Shown piece by piece: positions 26,001 to 39,000 of a stretch of 64,000 nucleotides of DNA. Below the pieces are notes generated by a model that made no database searches, was not told where the DNA came from, and was given only the letters and a program-made list of their open reading frames with translations. Within the stretch, counting starts at the first letter, position 1. Every line of letters starts with the position of its first letter. A program made the translations under genes and the position numbers. The stretch lies in contig CM120640.1 in assembly GCA_051362555.1 (NCBI GenBank), positions 38,294,788 to 38,358,787 on the forward strand. The letters are read 5' to 3'. The stretch is from Lingula anatina (lineage: Eukaryota > Animalia > Brachiopoda).

Positions 26001-29000
26001 GTGTGTTCGGTCATTTGTAGTAAGAATAAAGTGCTGGAAGAGTGGTGGTGTCAACATTAAGGAAGAAATAGAGCAAAAACTCTGTCTCCCCCCCCCCTCT
26101 CAGATTCTGTTCTCAGAGCTTATTTTTGGATCATCTTTAAAGCTAGAATTGGGGGCCTTGATGAAGTGACCCGGGCGCGTTTCCACATTTTTTATGAATG
26201 ACAGGTGTGGTAGATTGATTTTCGTCACTTTTTGGAAAAATCGGAGACGGGTCGATTTTTGGTGATTTTGAGTGATTTTGAACAGTGCCGGCACTGTGAG
26301 ATTTCTTCAATTTTGGCCAGGTAGGGATGAAAATTTTTTTCTTCATTAAAGTGTCAGGTAGGTGTGTTCGGTCATTTGTAGTAAGAATAAAGTGCTGGAA
26401 GAGTGGTGGTGTCAACATTAAGGAAGAAATAGAGCAAAAACTCTGTCTCCCCCCCCCCTCTCAGATTCTGTTCTCAGAGCTTATTTTTGGATCATCTTTA
26501 AAGCTAGAATTGGGGGCCTTGATGAAGTGACCCGGGCGCGTTTCCACATTTTTTATGAATGACAGGTGTGGTAGATTGATTTTCGTCACTTTTTGGAAAA
26601 ATCGGAGACGGGTCGATTTTTGGTGATTTTGAGTGATTTTGAACAGTGCCGGCACTGTGTGATTTTTTCAATTTTGGCCAGGTAGGGATGAAAATTTTTT
26701 TTCTTCATTATAGTGTCAGGTAGGTGTGTTCGGTCATTTGTAGTAAGAATAAAGTGCTGGAAGAGTGGTGGTGTCAACATTAAGGAAGAAATAGAGCAAA
26801 AACTCTGTCTCCCCCCCCCCTCTCAGATTCTGTTCTCAGAGCTTATTTTTGGATCATCTTTTAAGCTAGAATTGGGGGCCTTGATGAAGTGACCCGGGCG
26901 CGTTTCCACATTTTTTATGAATGACAGGTGTGGTAGATTGATTTTCGTCACTTTTTGGAAAAATCGGAGACGGGTCGATTTTTGGTGATTTTGAGTGATT
27001 TTGAAGTGCCGGCACTGTGAGATTTCTTCAATTTTGGCCAGGTAGGGATGAAAATTTTTTTTCTTCATTATAGTGTCAGGTAGGTGTGTTCGGTCATTTG
27101 TAGTAAGAATAAAGTGGTGGAAGAGTGGTGGTGTCAACATTAAGGAAGAAATAGAGCAAAAACTCTGTCTCCCCCCCCCCCTCTCAGATTCTGTTCTCAG
27201 AGCTTATTTTTGGATCATCTTTAAAGCTAGAATTGGGGGCCTTGATGAAGTGACCCGGGCGCGTTTCCACATTTTTTATGAATGACAGGTGTGGTAGATT
27301 GATTTTCGTCACTTTTTGGAAAAATCGGAGACGGGTCGATTTTTGGTGATTTTGAGTGATTTTGAACAGTGCCGGCACTGTGTGATTTTTTCAATTTTGG
27401 CCAGGTAGGGATGAAAATTTTTTTTCTTCATTATAGTGTCAGGTAGGTGTGTTCGGTCATTTGTAGTAAGAATAAAGTGCTGGAAGAGTGGTGGTGTCAA
27501 CATTAAGGAAGAAATAGAGCAAAAACTCTATCTCCCCCCCCCCCCCCCCCCTTCTCAGATTCTGTTCTCAGAGCTTATTTTTGGATCATCTTTAAAGCTA
27601 GAATTGGGGGCCTTGATTAAGTGACCCGGGCACATTTCCACATTTTTTATGAATGACAGGTGTGGTAGATTGATTTTCGTCACTTTTTGGAAAAATCGGA
27701 GACGGGTCGATTTTTGGTGATTTTGAGTGATTTTGAACAGTGCCGGCACTGTGAGATTTCTTCAATTTTGGCCAGGTAGGGATGAAAATTTTTTTTCTTC
27801 ATTATAGTGTCAGGTAGGTGTGTTCGGTCATTTGTAGTAAGAATAAAGTGCTGGAAGAGTGGTGGTGTCAACATTAAGGAAGAAATAGAGCAAAAACTCT
27901 GTCTCCCCCCCCCCCCCCCCCTTCTCAGATTCTGTTCTCAGAGCTTATTTTTGGATCATCTTTAAAGCTAGAATTGGGGGCCTTGATGAAGTGACCCGGG
28001 TGCGTTTCCACATTTTTTATGAATGACAGGTGTGGTAGATTGATTTTCGTCACTTTTTGGAAAAATCGGAGACGGGTCGATTTTTGGTGATTTTGAGTGA
28101 TTTTGAACAGTGCTGGCACTGTGAGATTTCTTCAATTTTGGCCAGGTAGGGATGAAAATTTTTTTTCTTCATTATAGTGTCAGGTAGGTGTGTTCGGTCA
28201 TTTGTAGTAAGAATAAAGTGCTGGAAGAGTGGTGGTGTCAACATTAAGGAAGAAATAGAGCAAAAACTCTGTCTCCCCCCCCCCCTCTCAGATTCTGTTC
28301 TCAGAGCTTATTTTTGGATCATCTTTAAAGCTAGAATTGGTGGCCTTGATGAAGTGACCCGGGCGCGTTTCCACATTTTTTATGAATGACAGGTGTGGTA
28401 GATTGATTTTCGTCACTTTTTGGAAAAATCGGAGACGGGCTGATTTTTGGTGATTTTGAGTGATTTTGAACAGTGCCGGCACTGTGAGATTTCTTCAATT
28501 TTGGCCAGGTAGGGATGAAAATTTTTTTTCTTCATTATAGTGTCAGGTAGGTGTGTTCGGTCATTTGTAGTAAGAATAAAGTGCTGGAAGAGTGGTGGTG
28601 TCAACATTAAGGAAGAAATAGAGCAAAAACTCTGTCTCCCCCCCCCCCTCTCAGATTCTGTTCTCAGAGCTTATTTTAGGATCATCTTTAAAGCTAGAAT
28701 TGGGGGCCTTAATGAAGTGACCCGGGCGCGTTTCCACATTTTTTATGAATGACAGGTGTGGTAGATTGATTTTCGTCACTTTTTGGAAAAATCGGAGACG
28801 GGTCGATTTTTGGTGATTTTGAGTGATTTTGAACAGTGCCGGCACTGTGAGATTTCTTCAATTTTGGCCAGGTAGGGATGAAAATTTTTTTTCTTCATTA
28901 TAGTGTCAGGTAGGTGTGTTCGGTCATTTGTAGTAAGAATAAAGTGCTGGAAGAGTGGTGGTGTCAACATTAAGGAAGAAATAGAGCAAAAACTCTGTCT

Positions 29001-30100
29001 CCCCCCCCCCCCCCTCTCAGATTCTGTTCTCAGAGCTTATTTTTGGATCATCTTTAAAGCTAGAATTGGGGGCCTTGATGAAGTGACCCGGGCGCGTTTC
29101 CACATTTTTTATGAATGACAGGTGTGGTAGATTGATTTTCGTCACTTTTTGGAAAAATCGGAGACAGGTCGATTTTTGGTGATTTTGAGTGATTTTGAAC
29201 AGTGCCGGCACTGTGAGATTTCTTCAATTTTGGCCAGGTAGGGATGAAAATTTTTTTTCTTCATTATAGTGTCAGGTAGGTGTGTTCGGTCATTTGTAGT
29301 AAGAATAAAGTGCTGGAAGAGTGGTGGTGTCAACATTAAGGAAGAAATAGAGCAAAAACACTGTCTCCCCCCCCCCTCTCAGATTCTGTTCTCAGAGCTT
29401 ATTTTTGGATCATCTTTAAAGCTAGAATTGGGGGCCTTGATGAAGTGACCCGGGTGCGTTTCCACATTTTTTATGAATGACAGGTGTGGTAGATTGATTT
29501 TCGTCACTTTTTGGAAAAATCAGAGACGGGTCGATTTTTGGTGATTTTGAGTGATTTTGAACAGTGCCGGCACTGTGAGATTTCTTCAATTTTGGGCAGG
29601 TAGGGATGAAAATTTTTTTTCTTCATTATAGTGTCAGGTAGGTGTGTTCGGTCATTTGTAGTAAGAATAAAGTGCTGGAAGAGTGGTGGTGTCAACATTA
29701 AGGAAGAAATAGAGCAAAAACTCTGTCTCCCCCCCCCCCCTCTCAGATTCTGTTCTCAGAGCTTATTTTTGGATCATCTTTAAAGCTAGAATTGGGGGCC
29801 TTGATGAAGTGACCCGGGCACGTTTCCACATTTTTTATGAATGACAGGTGTGGTAGATTGATTTTCGTCACTCTTTGGAAAAATCGGAGACGGGTCGATT
29901 TTTGGTGATTTTGAGTGATTTTGAACAGTGCCGGCACTGTGAGATTTCTTCAATTTTGGCCAGGTAGGGATGAAAATTTTTTTTCTTCATTATAGTGTCA
30001 GGTAGGTGTGTTCGGTCATTTGTAGTAAGAATAAAGTGCTGGAAGAGTGGTGGTGTCAACATTAAGGAAGAAATAGAGCAAAAACTCTGTCTCCCCCCCC
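17010..30100. repeat. 17-monomer higher-order repeat (~6.18 kb): two full copies plus the start of a third
   Basis: Diagnostic variants recur in the same order at offsets of 6181-6186 bp (variant ORFs 17737/23918, 18463/24645, 20641/26823, 22104/28288, 23557/29743). Confidence 0.93.
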
Positions 30101-33100
30101 CCCCTCTCAGATTCTGTTCTCAGAGCTTATTTTTGGATCATCTTTAAAGCTAGAATTGGGGGCCTTGATGAAGTGACCCGGGCGCGTTTCCACATTTTTT
30201 ATGAATGACAGGTGTGGTAGATTGATTTTCGTCACTTTTTGGAAAAATCGGAGACGGGTCGATTTTTGGTGATTTTGAGTGATTTTGAACAGTGCCGGCA
30301 CTGTGAGATTTCTTCAATTTTGGCCAGGTAGGGATGAAAATTTTTTTCTTCATTAAAGTGTCAGGTAGGTGTGTTCGGTCATTTGTAGTAAGAATAAAGT
30401 GCTGGAAGAGTGGTGGTGTCAACATTAAGGAAGAAATAGAGCAAAAACTCTGTCTCCCCCCCCCCCTCTCAGATTCTGTTCTCAGAGCTTATTTTTGGAT
30501 CATCTTTAAAGCTAGAATTGGGGGCCTTGATGAAGTGACCCGGGCGCGTTTCCACATTTTTTATGAATGACAGGTGTGGTAGATTGATTTTCGTCACTTT
30601 TTGGAAAAATCGGAGACGGGTCGATTTTTGGTGATTTTGAGTGATTTTGAACAGTGCCGGCACTGTGTGATTTTTTCAATTTTGGCCAGGTAGGGATGAA
30701 AATTTTTTTTCTTCATTATAGTGTCAGGTAGGTGTGTTCGGTCATTTGTAGTAAGAATAAAGTGCTGGAAGAGTGGTGGTGTCAACATTAAGGAAGAAAT
30801 AGAGCAAAAACTCTGTCTCCCCCCCCCCCTCTCAGATTCTGTTCTCAGAGCTTATTTTTGGATCATCTTTAAAGCTAGAATTGGGGGCCTTGATGAAGTG
30901 ACCCGGGCGCGTTTCCACATTTTTTATGAATGACAGGTGTGGTAGATTGATTTTCGTCACTTTTTGGAAAAATCGGAGACGGGTCGATTTTTGGTGATTT
31001 TGAGTGATTTTGAAGTGCCGGCACTGTGAGATTTCTTCAATTTTGGCCAGGTAGGGATGAAAATTTTTTTTCTTCATTATAGTGTCAGGTAGGTGTGTTC
31101 GGTCATTTGTAGTAAGAATAAAGTGGTGGAAGAGTGGTGGTGTCAACATTAAGGAAGAAATAGAGCAAAAACTCTGTCTCCCCCCCCCCTCTCAGATTCT
31201 GTTCTCAGAGCTTATTTTTGGATCATCTTTAAAGCTAGAATTGGGGGCCTTGATGAAGTGACCCGGGCGCGTTTCCACATTTTTTATGAATGACAGGTGT
31301 GGTAGATTGATTTTCGTCACTTTTTGGAAAAATCGGAGACGGGTCGATTTTTGGTGATTTTGAGTGATTTTGAACAGTGCCGGCACTGTGAGATTTCTTC
31401 AATTTTGGCCAGGTAGGGATGAAAATTTTTTTCTTCATTAAAGTGTCAGGTAGGTGTGTTCGGTCATTTGTAGTAAGAATAAAGTGCTGGAAGAGTGGTG
31501 GTGTCAACATTAAGGAAGAAATAGAGCAAAAACTCTGTCTCCCCCCCCCCCTCTCAGATTCTGTTCTCAGAGCTTATTTTTGGATCATCTTTAAAGCTAG
31601 AATTGGGGGCCTTGATGAAGTGACCCGGGCGCGTTTCCACATTTTTTATGAATGACAGGTGTGGTAGATTGATTTTCGTCACTTTTTGGAAAAATCGGAG
31701 ACGGGTCGATTTTTGGTGATTTTGAGTGATTTTGAACAGTGCCGGCACTGTGTGATTTTTTCAATTTTGGCCAGGTAGGGATGAAAATTTTTTTTCTTCA
31801 TTATAGTGTCAGGTAGGTGTGTTCGGTCATTTGTAGTAAGAATAAAGTGCTGGAAGAGTGGTGGTGTCAACATTAAGGAAGAAATAGAGCAAAAACTCTG
31901 TCTCCCCCCCCCCTCTCAGATTCTGTTCTCAGAGCTTATTTTTGGATCATCTTTAAAGCTAGAATTGGGGGCCTTGATGAAGTGACCCGGGCGCGTTTCC
32001 ACATTTTTTATGAATGACAGGTGTGGTAGATTGATTTTCGTCACTTTTTGGAAAAATCAGAGACGGGTCGATTTTTGGTGATTTTGAGTGATTTTGAACA
32101 GTGCCGGCACTGTGAGATTTCTTCAATTTTGGGCAGGTAGGGATGAAAATTTTTTTTCTTCATTATAGTGTCAGGTAGGTGTGTTCGGTCATTTGTAGTA
32201 AGAATAAAGTGCTGGAAGAGTGGTGGTGTCAACATTAAGGAAGAAATAGAGCAAAAACTCTGTCTCCCCCCCCCCTCTCAGATTCTGTTCTCAGAGCTTA
32301 TTTTTGGATCATCTTTAAAGCTAGAATTGGGGGCCTTGATGAAGTGACCCGGGCGCGTTTCCACATTTTTTATGAATGACAGGTGTGGTAGATTGATTTT
32401 CGTAACTTTTTGGAAAAATCGGAGACGGGTCGATTTTTGGTGATTTTGAGTGATTTTGAACAGTGCCGGCACTGTGAGATTTCTTCAATTTTGGCCAGGA
32501 AGGGATGAAAATTTTTTTTCTTCATTATAGTGTCAGGTAGGTGTGTTCGGTCATTTGTAGTAAGAATAAAGTGCTGGAAGAGTGGTGGTGTCAACATTAA
32601 GGAAGAAATAGAGCAAAAACTCTGTCTCCCCCCCCTCTCAGATTCTGTTCTCAGAGCTTATTTTTGGATCATCTTTAAAGCTAGAATTGGGGGCCTTGAT
32701 GAAGTGACCCGGGCGCGTTTCCACATTTTTTATGAATGACAGGTGTGGTAGATTGATTTTCGTCACTTTTTGGAAAAATCGGAGACGGGTCGATTTTTGG
32801 TGATTTTGAGTGATTTTGAACAGTGCCGGCACTGTGTGATTTTTTCAATTTTGGCCAGGTAGGGATGAAAATTTTTTTTCTTCATTATAGTGTCAGGTAG
32901 GTGTGTTCGGTCATTTGTAGTAAGAATAAAGTGCTGGAAGAGTGGTGGTGTCAACATTAAGGAAGAAATAGAGCAAAAACTCTGTCTCCCCCCCCCCCTC
33001 TCAGATTCTGTTCTCAGAGCTTATTTTTGGATCATCTTTAAAGCTAGAATTGGGGGCCTTGATTAAGTGACCCGGGCACATTTCCACATTTTTTATGAAT

Positions 33101-36019
33101 GACAGGTGTGGTAGATTAAATTTTCGTCACTTTTTGGAAAAATCGGAGACGGGTCGATTTTTGGTGATTTTGAGTGATTTTGAACAGTGCCGGCACTGTG
33201 AGATTTCTTCAATTTTGGCCAGGTAGGGATGAAAATTTTTTTTCTTCATTATAGTGTCAGGTAGGTGTGTTCGGTCATTTGTAGTAAGAATAAAGTGCTG
33301 GAAGAGTGGTGGTGTCAACATTAAGGAAGAAATAGAGCAAAAACTCTGTCTCCCCCCCCCCTCTCAGATTCTGTTCTCAGAGCTTATTTTTGGATCATCT
33401 TTAAAGCTAGAATTGGGGGCCTTGATGAAGTGACCCGGGTGCGTTTCCACATTTTTTATGAATGACAGGTGTGGTAGATTGATTTTCGTCACTTTTTGGA
33501 AAAATCGGAGACGGGTCGATTTTTGGTGATTTTGAGTGATTTTGAACAGTGCTGGCACTGTGAGATTTCTTCAATTTTGGCCAGGTAGGGATGAAAAATT
33601 TTTTTCTTCATTATAGTGTCAGGTAGGTGTGTTCGGTCATTTGTAGTAAGAATAAAGTGCTGGAAGAGTGGTGGTGTCAACATTAAGGAAGAAATAGAGC
33701 AAAAACTCTGTCTCCCCCCCCCCCCCTCTCAGATTCTGTTCTCAGAGCTTATTTTTGGATCATCTTTAAAGCTAGAATTGGGGGCCTTGATGAAGTGACC
33801 CGGGCGCGTTTCCACATTTTTTATGAATGACAGGTGTGGTAGATTGATTTTCGTCACTTTTTGGAAAAATCGGAGACGGGCTGATTTTTGGTGATTTTGA
33901 GTGATTTTGAACAGTGCCGGCACTGTGAGATTTCTTCAATTTTGGCCAGGTAGGGATGAAAATTTTTTTTCTTCATTATAGTGTCAGGTAGGTGTGTTCG
34001 GTCATTTGTAGTAAGAATAAAGTGCTGGAAGAGTGGTGGTGTCAACATTAAGGAAGAAATAGAGCAAAAACTCTGTCTCCCCCCCCCCCCCCCCCCTCTC
34101 AGATTCTGTTCTCAGAGCTTATTTTTGGATCATCTTTAAAGCTAGAATTGGGGGCCTTGATGAAGTGACCCGGGCGCGTTTCCACATTTTTTATGAATGA
34201 CAGGTGTGGTAGATTGATTTTCGTCACTTTTTGGAAAAATCGGAGACGGGTCGATTTTTGGTGATTTTGAGTGATTTTGAACAGTGCCGGCACTGTGAGA
34301 TTTCTTCAATTTTGGCCAGGTACGGATGAAAATTTTTTTCTTCATTATAGTGTCAGGTAGGTGTGTTTGGTCATTTGTAGTAAGAATAAAGTGCTGGAAG
34401 AGTGGTGGTGTCAACATTAAGGAAGAAATAGAGCAAAAACACTGTCTCCCCCCCCCCCTCTCAGATTCTGTTCTCAGAGCTTATTTTTGGATCATCTTTA
34501 AAGCTAGAATTGGGGGCCTTGATGAAGTGACCCGGGTGCGTTTCCACATTTTTTATGAATGACAGGTGTGGTAGATTGATTTTCGTCACTTTTTGGAAAA
34601 ATTGGAGACGGTTCGATTTTTGGTGATTTTGAGTGATTTTGAACAGTGCTGGCACTGTGAGATTTCTTCAATTTTGGCCAGGTAGGGATGAAAATTTTTT
34701 TTCTTCATTATAGTGTCAGGTAGGTGTGTTCGGTCATTTGTAGTAAGAATAAAGTGCTGGAAGAGTGGTGGTGTCAACATTAAGGAAGAAATAGAGCAAA
34801 AACTCTGTCTCCCCCCCCCCCCCCCCCCCCCCTCAGATTCTGTTCTCAGAGCTTATTTTTGGATCATCTTTAAAGCTAGAATTGGGGGCCTTGATGAAGT
34901 GACCCGGGCGCGTTTCCACATTTTTTATGAATGACAGGTGTGGTAGATTGATTTTCGTCACTTTTTGGAAAAATCGGAGACGGGCCGATTTTTGGTGATT
35001 TTGAGTGATTTTGAACAGTGCCGGCACTGTGAGATTTCTTCAATTTTGGCCAGGTAGGGATGAAAATTTTTTTTCTTCATTATAGTGTCAGGTAGGTGTG
35101 TTCGGTCATTTGTAGTAAGAATAAAGTGCTGGAAGAGTGGTGGTGTCAACATTAAGGAAGAAATAGAGCAAAAACTCTGTCTCCCCCCCCCCCCCCCTCT
35201 CAGATTCTGTTCTCAGAGCTTATTTTTGGATCATCTTTAAAGCTAGAATTGGGGGCCTTAATGAAGTGACCCGGGCGCGTTTCCACATTTTTTATGAATG
35301 ACAGGTGTGGTAGATTGATTTTCGTCACTTTTTGGAAAAATTAAGGAAGAAATAGAGCAAAAACTCTGTCTCCCCCCCCCCCCCCTCTCAGATTCTGTTC
35401 TCAGAGCTTATTTTTGGATCATCTTTAAAGCTAGAATTGGGGGCCTTGATTAAGTGACCCGGGCGCGTTTCCACATTTTTTATGAATGACAGGTGTGGTA
35501 GATTGATTTTCGTCACTTTTTGGAAAAATCGGAGACGGGCCGATTTTTGGTGATTTTGAGTGATTTTGAACAGTGCCGGCACTGTGAGATTTCTTCAATT
35601 TTGGCCAGGTAGGGATGAAAATTTTTTTTCTTCATTATAGTGTCAGGTAGGTGTGTTCGGTCATTTGTAGTAAGAATAAAGTGCTGGAAGAGTGGTGGTG
35701 TCAACATTAAGGAAGAAATAGAGCAAAAACTCTGTCTCCCCCCCCCCCCCTCTCAGATTCTGTTCTCAGAGCTTATTTTTGGATCATCTTTAAAGCTAGA
35801 ATTGGGGGCCTTGATGAAGTGACCCGGGCGCGTTTCCACATTTTTTATGAATGACAGGTGTGGTAGATTGATTTTCGTCACTTTTTGGAAAAATCGGAGA
35901 CGGGCCGATTTTTGGTGATTTTGAGTGATTTTGAACAGTGCCGGCACTGTGAGATTTCTTCAATTTTGGCCAGGTAGGGATGAAAATTTTTTTTCTTCAT
36001 TATAGTGTCAGGTAGGTGT

Positions 36020-39000
36020 GTTCGGTCATTTGTAGTAAGAATAAAGTGCTGGAAGAGTGGTGGTGTCAACATTAAGGAAGAAATAGAGCAAAAACTCTGT
36101 CTCCCCCCCCCCCCCTCTCAGATTCTGTTCTCAGAGCTTATTTTTGGATCATCTTTAAAGCTAGAATTGGGGGCCTTGATTAAGTGACCCGGGCACATTT
36201 CCACATTTTTTATGAATGACAGGTGTGGTAGATTGATTTTCGTCACTTTTTGGAAAAATCGGAGACAGGTCGATTTTTGGTGATTTTGAGTGATTTTGAA
36301 CAGTGCCGGCACTGTGAGATTTCTTCAATTTTGGCCAGGTAGGGATGAAAATTTTTTTTCTTCATTATAGTGTCAGGTAGGTGTGTTCGGTCATTTGTAG
36401 TAAGAATAAAGTGCTGGAAGAGTGGTGGTGTCAACATTAAGGAAGAAATAGAGCAAAAACTCTGTCTCCCCCCCCCCCCCCTCTCAGATTCTGTTCTCAG
36501 AGCTTATTTTTGGATCATCTTTAAAGCTAGAATTGGGGGCCTTAATGAAGTGACCCGGGCGCGTTTCCACATTTTTTATGAATGACAGGTGTGGTAGATT
36601 GATTTTCGTCACTTTTTGGAAAAATCGGAGACGGGTCGATTTTTGGTGATTTTGAGTGATTTTGAACAGTGCCGGCACTGTGAGATTTCTTCAATTTTGG
36701 CCAGGTAGGGATGAAAATTTTTTTTCTTCATTATAGTGTCAGGTAGGTGTGTTCGGTCATTTGTAGAAAGAATAAAGTGCTGGAAGAGTGGTGGTGTCAA
36801 CATTAAGGAAGAAATAGAGCAAAAACTCTGTCTCCCCCCCCCCCCCCCTCTCAGATTCTGTTCTCAGAGCTTATTTTTCGATCATCTTTAAAGCTAGAAT
36901 TGGGGGCCTTGATGAAGTGACCCGAGCGCGTTTCCACATTTTTTATGAATGACAGGTGTGTTAGATTGATTTTCGTCACTTTTTGGAAAAATCGGAGACG
37001 GGTCGATTTTTGGTGATTTTGAGTGATTTTGAACAGTGCCGGCACTGTGAGATTTCATCAATTTTGGCCAGGTAGGGATGAAAATTTTTTTTCTTCATTA
37101 TAGTGTCAGGTAGGTGTGTTCGGTCATTTGTAGTAAGAATAAAGTGCTGGAAGAGTGGTGGTGTCAACATTAAGGAAGAAATAGAGCAAAAACTCTGTCT
37201 CCCCCCCCCCCCCCCTCTCAGATTCTGTTCTCAGAGCTTATTTTTGGATCATCTTTAAAGCTAGAATTGGGGGCCTTGGTGAAGTGACCCGGGCGCGTTT
37301 CCACATTTTTTATGAATGACAGGTGTGTTAGATTGATTTTCGTCCCTTTTTGGAAAAATCGGAGACGGGTCGATTTTTGGTGATTTTGAGTGATTTTGAA
37401 CAGTGCTGGCACTGTGAGATTTCTTCAATTTTGGGCAGGTAGGGATGAAAATTTTTTTTCTTCATTATAGTGTCAGGTAGGTGTGTTCGGTCATTTGTAG
37501 TAAGAATAAAGTGCTGGAAGAGTGGTGGTGTCAACATTAAGGAAGAAATAGAGCAAAAACTCTGTCTCCCCCCCCCCCCCTCTCAGATTCTGTTCTCAGA
37601 GCTTATTTTTGGATCATCTTTAAAGCTAGAATTGGGGGCCTTGATGAAGTGACCCGGGCGCGTTTCCACATTTTTTATGAATGACAGGTGTGGTAGATTG
37701 ATTTTCGTCACTTTTTGGAAAAATCGGAGACGGGTCGATTTTTGGTGATTTTGAGTGATTTTGAACAGTGCCGGCACTGTGAGATTTCTTCAATTTTGGC
37801 CAGGTAGGGATGAAAATGTTTTTTCTTCATTATAGTGTCAGGTAGGTGTGTTCGGTCATTTGTAGTAAGAATAAAGTGCTGGAAGAGTGGTGGTGTCAAC
37901 ATTAAGGAAGAAATAGAGCAAAAACTCTGTCTCCCCCCCCCCTCTCAGATTCTGTTCTCAGAGCTTATTTTTGGATCATCTTTAAAGCTAGAATTGGGGG
38001 CCTTGATGAAGTGACCCGGGCGCGTTTCCACATTTTTTATGAATGACAGGTGTGGTAGATTGATTTTCGTCACTTTTTGGAAAAATTGGAGACGGGTCGA
38101 TTTTTGGTGATTTTGAGTGATTTTGAACAGTGCCGGCACTGTGAGATTTCTTCAATTTTGGCCAGGTAGGGATGAAAATTTTTTTTCTTCATTATACTGT
38201 CAGGTAGGTGTGTTCGGTCATTTGTAGTAAGAATAAAGTGCTGGAAGAGTGGTGGTGTCAACATTAAGGAAGAAATAGAGCAAAAACTCTGTCTCCCCCC
38301 CCCCCACCCCCCCCTCTCAGATTCTGTTCTCAGAGCTTATTTTTGGATCATCTTTAAAGCTAGAATTGGGGGCCTTGATGAAGTGACCCGGGTGCGTTTC
38401 CACATTTTTTATGAATGACAGGTGTGGTAGATTGATTTTCGTCACTTTTTGGAAAAATCGGAGACGGGTCGATTTTTGGTGATTTTGAGTGATTTTGAAC
38501 AGTGCTGGCACTGTGAGATTTCTTCAATTTTGGCCAGGTAGGGATGAAAATGTTTTTTCTTCATTATAGTGTCAGGTAGGTGTGTTCGGTCATTTGTAGT
38601 AAGAATAAAGTGCTGGAAGAGTGGTGGTGTCAACATTAAGGAAGAAATAGAGCAAAAACTCTGTCTCCCCCCCCCCCCTCTCAGATTCTGTTCTCAGAGC
38701 TTATTTTTGGATCATCTTTAAAGCTAGAATTGGGGGCCTTGATGAAGTGACCCGGGCGCGTTTCCACATTTTTTATGAATGACAGGTGTGGTAGATTGAT
38801 TTTCGTCACTTTTTGGAAAAATCGGAGACGGGTCGATTTTTGGTGATTTTGAGTGATTTTGAACAGTGCCGGCACTGTGAGATTTCTTCAATTTTGGCCA
38901 GGTAGGGATGAAAATTTTTTTTCTTCATTATAGTGTCAGGTAGGTGTGTTTGGTCATTTGTAGTAAGAATAAAGTGCTGGAAGAGTGGTGGTGTCAACAT

